From positions 746,233 through 810,232 of the forward strand of contig NMRA01000033.1 of NCBI GenBank assembly GCA_002633005.1: a stretch of DNA of 64,000 nucleotides, written 5' to 3'. The position numbers were made by a program, and so were the translations under genes. Positions 38,853 through 51,284 of this stretch are shown in pieces. The stretch comes from Phoronis australis. Its lineage: Eukaryota > Animalia > Phoronida. Below the pieces are notes generated by a model. That model did no database searches. It had not been told where the DNA came from and saw nothing but the letters and a program-made list of their open reading frames with translations. Position 1 is the first letter of the stretch, and the number at the start of each line of letters is the position of its first letter.

Positions 38853-41800
38853 TGAAAAAACAAAATGCATTTATAAATTTCAATTGACAGTTTACAGACC
38901 TACTTTCCATGATATTTAGGGGAACATAAGAAGCAGAGGAACAAAGAGGCACATGCCCCCTAATAATCTACAATATTTTAATTGGCGTCATTATAACATC
39001 AGCAGGCCTGTATGTGAGAGAATATCGTTGGGTGGCACAGAAGCTGGCTAAAACAGAAACTTTCAAATCGACATGTAGGCCCATAGAAAGGAAAATGTGT
39101 TGCAGGTACCGCCTATACTAGCCAGGTCACCTCTTCAATACCACAACAGACCCGGTGTGTTGCCATCCACAGCAGACGTCTCTAGTGTCAATTTTCCTAT
39201 CCTCGCACCAAAAATGTAGCAGAGTTCGATCACACTTTATCCTGATACAAACGAATTTTTGAATCCACGTTGTCTCGCTCACGTGCCATAACAGCAGATC
39301 CGCGATCAGATATAATAATTGAACACATGTATTGGCATCCATTATACTCTTCCGTAGGCCTATGTAGTCAAATGCAATACACTCCGGAACCCAATGGTCG
39401 TCCACCTAAGCATAAAACTGGCTTGTTGTCGTACTCACCCAATTATTCCACTTCACAGTTATATATACTCTGCATAGGATTTGATTTAACTCTCACAAGT
39501 ACATAGTATTCGTTGATTCAAAAGTTTTCTTTTATTTGTTTCAACTGTGCATTGCTTTTCGGGCGCCATTTTATAATGACCCCTGTGGTCGTCATTTGCT
39601 GCTGTCTTTTGAAAGAACAGAAAACCATGCAGAAAAAGGAAGAAAATAGTGGAAAGCGGTTTACAATAATTCTAGTTCAACCACAAACGGTCTTACTGGT
39701 ATGATATCGATTTTTAAATCGATTAAAATTATTCAGAATTTGAGATCTGTAAAATAAATCGAGATTGTTTTATTCCAGATATACACCTTACTTATTTTCT
39801 ATTTGTGGTCTCTTTATTTGACTTTTGCCCTTGTTGTTCTTAATACTACTCATCTCTGCTGTCTTTCTTTTTTTCAGTTTTTCTTAATTCTCTGTTAACA
39901 CCTCAGTTGTCAGCCAAAACAGAACTGTACTAGTAACCCTTTGAGACTTGGTCAGCGGAAGTTGATAATTTAACCTCGATGCAGTTGTTCTAATAAATTA
40001 CCAGTATCATAATGTTTGATATTTTCCCACATTTTAAAGACTTCTGTAATCATAAATTAATAAATAAATACCCAAGTTGCATTTGCATTTCATTGCTCAG
40101 TTTCTTCTTTTATTTTTAATGATGTCCTGTTGTGGTGTATGAAACAATGCAATATTGTGAAATAAAGATAAAATTATTGGTGGCCACTCTCTATCAATTC
40201 AAGTATTTTAGTTTTCTTCAAATAAATCCAAAATACCTGAACCAAAAATTTTAACATAAATGTTGAGCTCCGTACTGTGTTTTGCAATAAAAAAACAAGT
40301 GGATAATATTTTGATGACAATTGCGTGGGCCGAAACTGTTAAGCACTCTGCGCGTTGCATTTGTCTGTTGCGTTTTTCCTTTGGCCTAACAGGTGTCGGT
40401 TAGTGCCTGGGACAAATAGATACACTGCATAAACAATCCCTGGGTTGTTTTTTGTCCCGTCTGAAGAATATTTAATTTCGAAAATATCATCTGAAAATGA
40501 ACAAAAAAGTGCATTTAGTGAAATCTACAAGTTTTTAAGTGGTCTCAAAAAAGAGTCGGGTAAATGCACCGATTTTCCTCTTAGTTCTTCCATGCGAGGT
40601 TAGTACCTAACGTGCAGACGAGCACTCCAGATTGGAACGCTAAGTCCCGCGTGGCTGCGCTGCACGCGAAAGAAGATGGTGGACGACCATTGGAGCCTGA
40701 CCGACAACTTTGGTTCGCCTTGCCTGCTTAGACAATGAGTAAACAAAGATGACAAGTGCTCACTGACACAGTGTCAGTGTCAGTTGTCACGGGCAAAAAT
40801 TACAACTGTATTTGAACACACCTGTCCTTTTGGTCGCTTTGGTTATGACATCCAAACACAGCACACCTGACAGGCATGCTATCTTTTCCGCAAAGGCACC
40901 AAAACTTTTCCCAGTAACCTTTGCGGATTTCAAAATGGCGGCGATCAACAAGGCTGGCTACCACCTAGCGGTGACGCTGGAAACCAGCGAGCACATGACA
41001 TATCAAGAAGGCGTGACCATGGTGCACTGGCACCCGCATATCGCAATTACTCAACAGCGAATAAAAGGGTTTCCCACTAAGAATTTTGCCGAGTCTGATC
41101 TCCAAACTTCATGTCTCCAATCCAAATAAAATCTGCGTGGACCTTGGCCCCCAGTCTCATCATTGCCGGGTAGTACTGAGCCCTACCCGCAGATGGGATC
41201 CGCCGACACTAATGCATTCACTATAGGTATATGGTACCATGACAAATTTAGGCTAGTGGCGGCTCCCTAGCTCTTTTAGTACAGTGGGGCACGGCATGCG
41301 AGAGAGAAAAAGAGACAAAAGCCCACAGTAAGGCAATAGCCGAGTCTCAGCTGAGTGAACGCGGTATCTCGCTATTGAGTTGCATGACCTCGTTTTTTCA
41401 GTAAATAGTCCACATGCTGAAAAATTCGATCCGCTCCCCCCTACACTTTGAGTCTGGGTGCGCATGCACCGCGGTCGGTTTACTTAGTTACTAAAGAATT
41501 AATGCATGACCGCCGTATAGTACGTACGAACTCAAGTTCACAATCGGACACCCATTAAAATGGGACCGAGGTCACTTTTTTCACATACGGCAAGTAAATG
41601 ACAGATTTTTGAGGTTACAAGTAAATTAAGAAAAGGGTTTCCTTAATTTCCAATTTGCATCGCTCAGGATTTCCGGCAGCGCACAAAACTTCTTCTCTCA
41701 CGCACCCTCGGCTACCGCGTATTCTTTTCTCGGCGTATCAGAAGTCCCCACATCCAGCACCCTGCCACTAGGCACTTTTCGGCGTTTTGTTGTGATCCCA

Positions 41801-42141
41801 CACCGTGTAATTATTTGCTCGCAAAGAGATCAAAGCTGCCCCCAAACTTTACCGGTATTTCAAACGATGGCTGACCACTACCATGCATTCCACGGGGCGC
41901 CGCTGCTGCCGAGAGAAATTTAAAATATTTCTCTCACTGCACGCTTGACCGGCCTCTCACGGATTCAAATTCCCGCAATCTACTGAACAAAGGCAGCAAC
42001 ACAATTTTCGCTTCTCAGCCATGGACATGATTCTTTGCTCGCGTCGGAACACCAAGTCTTCCCTGCCAGCGCGCACCGCCCCGCCCCAGCTCGGGCTCGG
42101 GGTGCATAATATGCTACTCTCTTGCATGCCTGCTCAATCCC

Positions 42142-42360
42142 CAGTGGCGGATCTACGGGGGGGGGTTCAGGGGGTTTAAACCCCCCCTCGGCCAGGACCC
42201 AAAATTAAAAAAAAAAACGCCTCGTATTGAACTTTGTTGTGAAAGATCCCCTGTTGGCAGGTATCTCTCCTGATCCCAATCCCCTCAATGCGGGGGAACC
42301 GTTGCATGTTGGCAGGACAAGTTTTCACAGACGTGCAGTCATTAGACCCCGTGAAAAAAA
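42142..42360. mobile_element. Truncated MITE related to 1086-1544
   Basis: CAGTGGCGGATCTACGGGGGGGGTTCAGGGGG end; interrupted by the microsatellite/LINE tail. Confidence 0.5.
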
Positions 42361-42413
<53 letters not shown>

Positions 42414-42449
42414 TAAGTAAGTAAGTAAGTAAGTAAGTATAAGTAAGTA

Positions 42450-42495
<46 letters not shown>

Positions 42496-42521
42496 TAAGT
42501 AAGTAAGTAAGTAAGTAAGTA

Positions 42522-42566
<45 letters not shown>

Positions 42567-42574
42567 GGGTAAGT
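42361..42574. repeat. (AAGT)n microsatellite, likely 3' tail of the adjacent LINE
   Basis: Direct reading; abuts the 3' end of the minus-strand RT relic. Confidence 0.9.
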
Positions 42575-43790
42575 AAAAGCTTTATTTAAACGTCGGTGGC
42601 GAAGTACAACGACAAACGTGTCCACATAAATACCAATTAACATGTAAACAACTATATGTATAAAGTATATTTACAATATTTACAACAATAGTGATATTAA
42701 CTTATAAAAATAACAATAAAAAAGTACAGGAACAATATTTACGACAATGATTACGCAACACAGATGCATACTAGAAATTTTTAAATTAAAAGACCTGGCA
42801 ACTAGTACAAAGCTGACAGTCACATTCAGTAAAGAGATGAGCATTGATCTCAGTGACTGGACACGTACTCAGGATCTGGGGTATCGCCATACTTATACTG
42901 TTCTAATGTAGTTAGGTACCGGTAAGATTCCAAAACAATGATCCTTGGTAGGAAGTGGAATTAAAACCTCGCGAAAAGGTCTGGAACTGTTTTTTTTACA
43001 GTTAGCATGTTTCTTAGCGAAAATTGTAGTGTGACTCTTTTAACTTGTGCGACACTACGGTGGACACGGGGTCCAATATGTGAAACTGCGGCGTAGGTGC
43101 CAACTTGCAAGAGAACAATATCCGCTAAAATATAAACGTATACAAAAGCGTGGTGTAATTTTAATTTGCTATCACTGTCTAGTAGATGTCGAAGTATGAA
43201 CAGCATGTTTACTTGTCTAGATGCCTTTTGACAGATAATCCACATGGTTGTGACGGGCCTGTGTGGGATCCCAAATACCTTGATCGCCGGGTGAATTTTC
43301 ATATTTGATTTTGGAATCACCAATCAGTAAAAAGTTTTCAGCATCATTTATGCCATTTTTGAAAAGATAATGAACTTAAACTTTTTAGTATTTACTGTCA
43401 TATGGTTTGTTTTAATAAACTACCAATGAGTTGGCACTTTAGTGACATACCCGATCATAACAGTCAACACTCACTGATTTTTGTTTTACGAGTAAAGACC
43501 TATCTACATTAACAATTTATGTGTTATCAGTCATCAGTAGAGTTACACAAAGATTGCAATGACTATGTAATGGATAGAAGAGGTAATTTATAAAAATATT
43601 AAATAACCCTGGCCCCCAGGGCTGACCCTTCACCTTGGAAACCCCTTTAGTGACTCCAGACCCTAGCTCAGAATGAACACCCCGTTTGATCCTCATGTGT
43701 CTATTTGTTACCCTCTAAATAAGACTTTAAAAATGAGGATAGGCCTACGTTAACCATTCATAACTTAGCTCTGAGATTAGTAACCAATAA
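42575..43790 (-). mobile_element. 5'-truncated decayed LINE (CR1/L2 group) reverse transcriptase
   Basis: GPGLFNIFINYL (cf. GPLLFNIFINDL) at ~43585-43620 and ICQKASRQVNML...KLKLHHAFV; tetranucleotide tail. Confidence 0.7.
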
Positions 43791-44225
43791 AGCAGGAGGA
43801 ACAATCAAACGCTTTCAGTTGACCTTGAGCCCGAGATTTTGTCACCTGCCCGGGGAGATCAGTCAAAAAAGGCAAAAATGATCAAGTAAAGGAAAGTTAC
43901 ATGCATATTTGAGATCGAGGTTGGAAATTCTACGCAGCCTGATAATATAAAGCTCATTACTATGACGCAGTGTTCTTGCCTGTGATGGGCATTAATGAGA
44001 TAGGCTTATGAGCTCCCGCCATCCAATGAGCACAGGGCAGAGTCTTGAACTTAATAGGACCTAGTTGTTTTAATGCCGGAGTCTGTCGGTTTCAGTCACC
44101 GCGGACACTCGAGTCTTGATGCCAAGCCCCAAAACACTTATTTTTATTAAGGAGAAATTTGAAAGTTGAGACCAATTTCAAAACCTTAAGTGATCTGAAT
44201 CACGATTTTGGTTTTAAGCTTGACG

Positions 44226-44561
44226 CATAGGCGGATTTAGAGGGGGGGGGGGGCTGCCTGGGGGACTAGCTGGCCCGCTCCCGCTTGGCTGCCGCAAGCA
44301 AAATGAAACAGCAACAGTGTGGAGAAAAATATAGAGTTCACTAACTAGGACCGGTAGCGGATGAGGGGTCTCAGATCCCAGGGGAATCGTGTTCCCGTTT
44401 TTTTTTTTAGTCCACCGATAGATTTTTTTACTGAACGGAATTAAAAAGTCCACATCCCGACCCCCGCAACTTTCCGGCCCCTGAGCACATACAGTCGCGC
44501 TTTCCCAATTCCAGGAGGCAACATGTTGGGCCCCCCTTATGGTATCCTAGATCCGCCACTG
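44226..44561. mobile_element. MITE with 5-bp TSD
   Basis: CATAGGCGGATTTAG...CTAGATCCGCCACTG flanked by TGACG at 44221-44225 and 44562-44566. Confidence 0.7.
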
Positions 44562-44569
44562 TGACGTAG

Positions 44570-44722
44570 GCCTGCAGCCGAACTGAGCGAGTCGGCTTCC
44601 CGACTCCGGCTTTTCTGGTACCCGCTGTAGAATAACTCGCGCATTGACCACGGGTACCAGAGTATCCAGCTTTTGTAAACCGGAAGCACACTTGGCTATA
44701 GGTTCAAAGCCTAGAAAATCAG
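44570..44722 (+). promoter_or_regulatory. Candidate promoter / non-coding first exon of the aminotransferase gene
   Basis: CpG-richer patch with ETS-like CCGGAAGC (~44680), then donor-like CAG|GTAATT at 44722/44723. Confidence 0.3.
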
Positions 44723-45236
44723 GTAATTGTGTGCATGCTTACGCATTCATATGTACTAGCTCTTAATTTTGAGATACCAGTAACCACTGAATAACTGATG
44801 TGTTGCAGAGTATTATGAAGTTAACAACTGTAACAATGGCAGAAAAAATAACCGGGACTGCCAGTGCCAAGGCAACGGCCCGCAATAAAATCCCCTCCTG
44901 GTTGCCGTGGCATAGGCTACATCAGACGCTGTATGTATTCAGCATGTCAGTGTTAAAGTACATCTGGACCGCCGGAACGATGCGTGCAAATTTTCTGCAA
45001 AATTGCCCACCACTCTGGCAATTGTTCCCATCACCTTGACATGCAAAATCTGAGTAAACAGGCACTCACTTGGGCGATGACACACCCTAATATGATTATA
45101 AATATGTCGACAGTACCAACGTCTCAACTACACCACAGAAAAGATGGTAGTCATCTGATAGGCCCTTCATATGGTGAAAGCTTTTCGTGGAATTATACCT
45201 CACACTGATTAAACAGTCACTGCCACATTACTGTAA

Positions 45237-45583
45237 GTACCTCAGTATGCGCATATAGAGGGACACACGTAGGAGACTGTTGATTTGATGTCTATAACTC
45301 GACCGAGCTCGAACAAATACTCCCACATCCAATTTTTTTGAATAGTCCTTCGATCAGCTTTCCCAAATTGGCAACTGGCCATTCTAACACGTACTGCTCG
45401 TGCCAGGAGATATGACATCATATACCTTCGTAGGAGCAATATGAAAATGGCCAGTTGCCCATTTGGGCTACTGAACGCAGGACTTCTCGAAAAAAAGTTT
45501 AATTGCGTAAATATTTGTTTGAGCTGGGTAGAGTTAAAGACATCAACAGCTTCCTAAGGTGTCCCTCTTTGTGCATAAGGTAC
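45237..45583. mobile_element. Palindromic PIF/Harbinger-type MITE
   Basis: GTACCT...AGGTAC ends, long imperfect internal inverted repeat, TAA on both sides. Confidence 0.65.
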
Positions 45584-45992
45584 TAATAACGACATGACTT
45601 TGATGGTTTTATCATTGTGAGACATAATTCGCAAAACGCTTCGCCATATGGGAGGGCTTATGGGATGGCCCCCTTCTACTGAGGCCAGTCGAGATGGTGG
45701 CATTGTCTAAGTCAAGTCATGTGTTCAATGAGACTTGTTTGAAAGAAAGTTTTTTTTGCTGGCAACTTTTACTATATGTTAACGTGTAGTACCACAGGGT
45801 AACTGACTTTAGTGGCGCTGTGGGTGAGTCAAGGTTTTCAAAAATTTGAATTTTTATTTGTAATTTTACCGACACTGCATTTTGTCTTCAACAGGCCTAG
45901 ACTGGTGCTGGTGGTTGGCATGGTGGGGCTGGTTGTCATGGTACCACTGTGAAGTTGTAAGACCTGAGACCTCCAGTAATGGTGCTGGAGAA

Positions 45993-46035
45993 ATGAAGTT
46001 CAGTGACATCATACCTCATCATTGTCTATACTTAG
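45993..46035 (+). CDS. DegT/DnrJ/EryC1/StrS-family aminotransferase, first coding exon (exon acceptor at 45894)
   Basis: MKFSDIIPHHCLYL + G|GTAGGT (phase 1) joins AC of 47597 to give D-IEWHKF in frame. Confidence 0.65.
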
Positions 46036-46623
46036 GTAGGTAATCAATGTACACTTGTTGGGGGTGAGGATTCTCTTCTACTTGGTCAATAGGGGAGTGC
46101 TTCTGCACATTTAAAACCCTGACTAGTGCAGTACCTGCCAGTGGGCAAACAAAAAATTGGGAGATTCGTGACTATATTAAATAATGAATAACCCTTACCC
46201 ACAAAATGCCACATTAGAATGTAAAAAGGAAAGGACTCGGGTTGGGGTGGCGGGTTGATTCTAACTGAGTCATTGCTCACTTCATTATGAGAGTGAGCAA
46301 GATGCGCACGCAGATCTTGTGAGTCATAAACGTGTGCATTCTGATGACGTTCTTATTGCTTCTTCGTTATTGTGTTTTTCCTGTTGTTTGTTGCTTTGTC
46401 AGAGCAATTGGTAAGCACTTGGTATGTTACGTATCTGTACTTCAGAAATCTACTTGATTTCTGGTGTCGACAGATCTTTTGCTTGTTGCATTTTCTTTTT
46501 ATTTGTCAGTGTTGATTTTTGAATTATGTGGCTGTTTTATTTAATTTAACAGTTTATCCTTCTGATTTCTGGTTAACTGTCAATAGACTGACCAGTGTCG
46601 GTGTATGGTTTGCAATTTAGCTA

Positions 46624-46739
46624 CATGGGCGGCGCAGCACTGAAAAAAGTGGGGGCTAAAACCCCCTCAGCCCCCCTGTGGTGCACCGCCTATAGACCAT
46701 GTGTGGTCTAGCACTGAAAAAAGTGGTGCGCCACCCATG
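46624..46739. mobile_element. Small MITE with 5-bp TSD
   Basis: CATGGGCGGCGCA...TGCGCCACCCATG flanked by AGCTA at 46619-46623 and 46740-46744. Confidence 0.7.
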
Positions 46740-47596
46740 AGCTACTCTTTCCAATATGACAGACAGGTGAAATGTATTTTAATTTGTTTCATAAACAAGA
46801 AGTTACTCAAGTTGTAAACCGTAGTTACCACCAGGCAATGTTATGGAAAAAAAAATACTAGGCATTCACAACAAAAGAAGCTTGTGAAAAACAAAAACAT
46901 TTTTATCTAAAATTGGTGAGATTTTTCCCAAAAATATTATTATGCATGAGGTGACTAGGAAAAGTACTGGTAGTGATTTTCTTACTGGTCCTAGGCAAAT
47001 TTGACTTCATGAACTATGCCAAAAAATTGCATATTCAATAAGTTAAAGTGCCTTATAAACGTAAGGTTCATCCAAGAAGCGAACTTTTAACCTATATATC
47101 TCTTACCATCATGAAATTGGTCTCCAATTGTTCCTTACTCAGATGAGAAGGATTTCGTAGTTTGTTCTAACCATGCTCTGCACATGAAATGACAGCACAT
47201 GACAAACTGATCTCGGGCAATAGATTGTCAGTTCTTTCCCGATATTTTCTCCAGTTTGACTAAGGAACCATTTGAGACCTATTTCATATCTGCACATGGT
47301 CAAAAGTTGTTTTTTGTGTTGGAAAGCGAGTTTATAATTGGCGTTTAGCTCGATTTGAGATCATTGGTGTTATTATCTAAAGTGTGAAACTGGAGTTTGC
47401 TCATAGACGGAAGAGTACACATGTAGACTAATAACCAGTTTACGTGAACACATAAAGCTAACTCTGATCTGTTCTTACTGTCGCATCCACACATCATTGG
47501 TTAAACTATTGTATCAATTAGGAAAATGTTTCGTAACAGATCCTAGGAATTGTATTGTAACTATTCGTTTGAATTAATAATCTATTTTACTTTCAG

Positions 47597-48558
47597 ACAT
47601 TGAATGGCACAAGTTTTTTACAGCTGCTCAAAAATGCATGTTAGGAAATGAAGATCGAAAGAAAATTATACAAGATATCACAAAGAAATGGAGTTGTAAA
47701 AGCAACCCAAATCATGTGTTTATCTCCTTGTCAATTAGAACAACTTTGGACCTCTTTCTCGCTGTGCAAAACTTTCCAAAAGGCTCTGAGATAGTCATGA
47801 GTGCAGTCAACATCCCAGATATGGCTCGTGTTATTCGTGGGCATGGCTTGCGTATCGTCTCCATGGATGTAGAGATAGACACATTGACTCCTAAATCCCA
47901 GTACCTTGACTGTCTTATCACAGACAAGACTGTCGCCATCCTAGTGGCTCATGTGCTCGGAAAGCGCTTCAACATGACCCCATTTATTAACGCAGCTAGG
48001 AAACACGGCTTGTTTGTTTTGGAGGACTGTGCTGAAGTTTTTTGTGGCTTCGATTACGTTGGTCATTCAGATGCGGACCTGTCGTTGTTCAGCTTCGGTA
48101 CAATCAAGTATTGCACAGCACTGGGAGGGAGCGTAGCAAAGGTGAAGGGGGAACAGCTATATGAGAGGATGACTCAGCTGCATGCCAACTACCCTGTTCA
48201 GGCTCATGGCACTTACTTAAAGAAAGTAATGAAAACCTCTGTCATGTTTGTGCTCCTCAATTTGCCTCGTGTCTCTAAAGTTCTTTGGTACATCTGCTAT
48301 TTGCTCACCATTGACTTCAAGAAGCACGTAGTGAAAATGGCGCGTGGCTTTCCCGATAACTTCTTTGAAGGCATTCGTCACCAGCCGTCCACAGCTCTGC
48401 TCTACATGATGCTGGACCAGTTCCGTGACTTCAACCCGTCCTCATGTAGCCTGATGAAGCTAAAGGGTGACTACGTGACTAAGAAACTATCCGAGACGGT
48501 GGCCCCCATAGGCATGAAGGCTGATGTCATTAACTATTGGCTGTTTCCAATCATTGTG
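47597..48558 (+). CDS. DegT/DnrJ/EryC1/StrS-family PLP-dependent aminotransferase, main exon
   Basis: TTTCAG acceptor; GSEIVMSA, TDKTVAILVAHVLG, FVLEDCAE (PLP Asp), FSFGTIK (Schiff-base Lys) followed by GG; donor GTG|GTAGGT. Confidence 0.85.
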
Positions 48559-48779
48559 GTAGGTGTTGCTATTTTGTACGTATAGCTTCAATATTTCACG
48601 TCACAATGTTGATTGGTATGAAACTATGGTATGCTTGCTGTGCCTGACATATAGTCGTGGGTAGAGTTCCTTCCTACACTGCAGTGTGTGACAGTCATCA
48701 TTCACACCTCATTTATTTATCCCCATTTTGAATTTTTAGTTAGTTATTGTTTGTGCATGTCAACATTATTCAATTGTAG

Positions 48780-49076
48780 GAAAACCCTGACCTAGTTGTC
48801 AAAGTGCTAAACAGCTGGGGTGTTGATGCCTATCACGGTGCAACTCAGCTAAACGTCATTGAACCTGACAATGGGGAAACACCTCTACGTCACCTCGACT
48901 CTAAGTTCGTCAGCCATTATCCACACGAGGCCAAGTTTCTGTTTGACCACATCGTCTACCTCCCTGTTCACAAAGACGTGCCCTTCCACGACCTAGACGC
49001 CATCTGTGCACTGGTTGACCAGGTAACGGCAGGACACTCTCCCAGCAGGTTACCACGATTACCATCAAAACTTTAA
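48780..49076 (+). CDS. Aminotransferase last exon
   Basis: TGTAG acceptor, phase 0, ENPDLVVKVLNSWGVDA...DHIVYLPVH (cf. family C-terminal lsLP.h), stop TAA. Confidence 0.85.
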   Translation, partial: ENPDLVVKVLNSWGVDAYHGATQLNVIEPDNGETPLRHLDSKFVSHYPHEAKFLFDHIVYLPVHKDVPFHDLDAICALVDQVTAGHSPSRLPRLPSKL

Positions 49077-49850
49077 AACCAAGAGCTGGATCTGAGATCT
49101 TAACTTACAATGGAGTCATTAGTTCGAACTTAGAAAAAGGAAACTTAGTAACTCTGAACTTGAATTTGAAGTGAGCTACATTAAACTCTGAGTCATTGAT
49201 TTCGAGAAAAAACAATATCTGAAGTTGACCTTAACAATGTTGTGAATGCTCACTTATTTCTCAAAACATTGAAAATTTTGTCTGTAGGTACATATACTGG
49301 TATTAGAACTTAACTTAAAAATGACACAACACTTATTTGTTGCTTCTTAAATATAAAAAGTCACTTGTTTGCATCATTGTATCCTTAGTTGTTTAGCTTT
49401 CTCCGTTTAGTGTTCATTTCCCAATGGAGAGCTCAGCTAGAGGCTTGACGTGCATTGCTCAATATTCCATTTTTGTTGTGTACATGTCTGTCAGTGACTG
49501 CATATCCAGGCACGTGTTTGTTGTTTTGGTTCAGGTGCTATAATTGGCGTGTGCTCAGTAACGCTAGGACCTAGCTAAAATCTAGCCAAAGTTGCATGTT
49601 CTCATTTAAAATACAGGACAATATCTCACATAATCTCGCAAAGTCTTGCTTTCTAGTGAGGTCCTAGCGTTACTGAACAGGAGGCTGGTAGGGTACCACA
49701 AGGCAGTAATGGGAGTTAGTGGTTGGTCACCCAAGATTTGTTGCTTTGTAACGTCGTTTTAACAGTGTGTTAAATCATTGGAGCCAGCTGTCTTAATAAG
49801 CACATTTCTTGGTTCCAACTTTTACTGTCTTGACTACTCGGCCATGTGCN

Positions 49851-51284
49851 TTCAAGAAGCACGTAGTGAAAATGGCGCGTGGCTTTCCCGATAACTTCTT
49901 TGAAGGCATTCGTCACCAGCCGTCCACAGCTCTGCTCTACATGATGCTGGACCAGTTCCGTGACTTCAACCCGTCCTCATGTAGCCTGATGAAGCTAAAG
50001 GGTGACTACGTGACTAAGAAACTATCCGAGACGGTGGCCCCCATAGGCATGAAGGCTGATGTCATTAACTATTGGCTGTTTCCAATCATTGTGGTAGGTG
50101 TTGCTATTTTGTACGTATAGCTTCAATATTTCACGTCACAATGTTGATTGGTATGAAACTATGGTATGCTTGCTGTGCCTGACATATAGTCGTGGGTAGA
50201 GTTCCTTCCTACACTGCAGTGTGTGACAGTCATCATTCACACCTCATTTATTTATCCCCATTTTGAATTTTTAGTTAGTTATTGTTTGTGCATGTCAACA
50301 TTATTCAATTGTAGGAAAACCCTGACCTAGTTGTCAAAGTGCTAAACAGCTGGGGTGTTGATGCCTATCACGGTGCAACTCAGCTAAACGTCATTGAACC
50401 TGACAATGGGGAAACGCCTCTACGTCACCTCGACTCTAAGTTCGTCAGCCATTATCCACACGAGGCCAAGTTTCTGTTTGACCACATCGTCTACCTCCCT
50501 GTTCACAAAGACGTGCCCTTCCACGACCTAGACGCCATTTGTGCACTGGTTGACCAGGTAACGGCAGGACACTCTCCCAGCAGGTTACCACGATTACCAT
50601 CAAAACTTTAAAACCAAGAGCTGGATCTGAGATCTTAACTTACAATGGAGTCATTAGTTCGAACTTAGAAAAAGAAAACTTAGTAACTCTGAACTTGAAT
50701 TTGAAGTGAGCTACATTAAACTCATTGATTTCGAGAAAAAACAATAGCTGAAGTTGACCTTAACAATGTTGTGAATGCTCACTTATTTCTCAAAACATTG
50801 AAAATTTTGTCTGTAGGTACATATACTGTATTAGAACTTAACTTAAAAATGACACAACTCTTATTTGTTGCTTCTTAAATATAAAAAGTCACTTGTTTGC
50901 ATCATTGTATCCTTAGTTGTTTAGCTTTCTCCATTTAGTGTTCATTTCCCAATGGAGAGCTCAGCTAGAGGCTTGACGTGCATTGCTCAATATTCCATTT
51001 TTGTTGTGTACATGTCTGTCAGTGACTGCATATCCAGGCACATGTTTGTTGTTTTGGTTCAGATGCTATAACTGGCGGGTACTCAGTAACGCTAGGACAT
51101 ACGCTAGGACCTAGCTAAAATCTAGCCAAAGTTGCATGTTCTCATTTAAAATACAGGACAATATCTCACATAATCTCGCGAAGTCTTGCTTTCTAGTGAG
51201 GTCCTAGCGTTACTGAATGGGAGGCTGGTAGGGTACCACAAGGCAGTAATGGTAGTTAGTGGTTGGTCACCCGAGATTTGTTGC
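49851..51284 (+). other. Near-identical duplicate of 48316-49744 (3' part of aminotransferase); probable uncollapsed haplotype
   Basis: Begins mid-exon right after a single N; identical protein; scattered SNPs and small indels in non-coding sequence. Confidence 0.8.

Noticed and set aside
42176-42643. 155-aa LTYL-repeat ORF
   Set aside because: Translation of the (AAGT)n microsatellite.
45993-49076. Bacterial contamination as the source of the aminotransferase
   Set aside because: Canonical spliceosomal introns, a host-type MITE in an intron, and scaffold continuity with KMT2C/D.
49809-50611. Second aminotransferase paralogue
   Set aside because: Starts mid-exon after a single N, lacks the catalytic motifs and encodes identical residues; most likely assembly redundancy.
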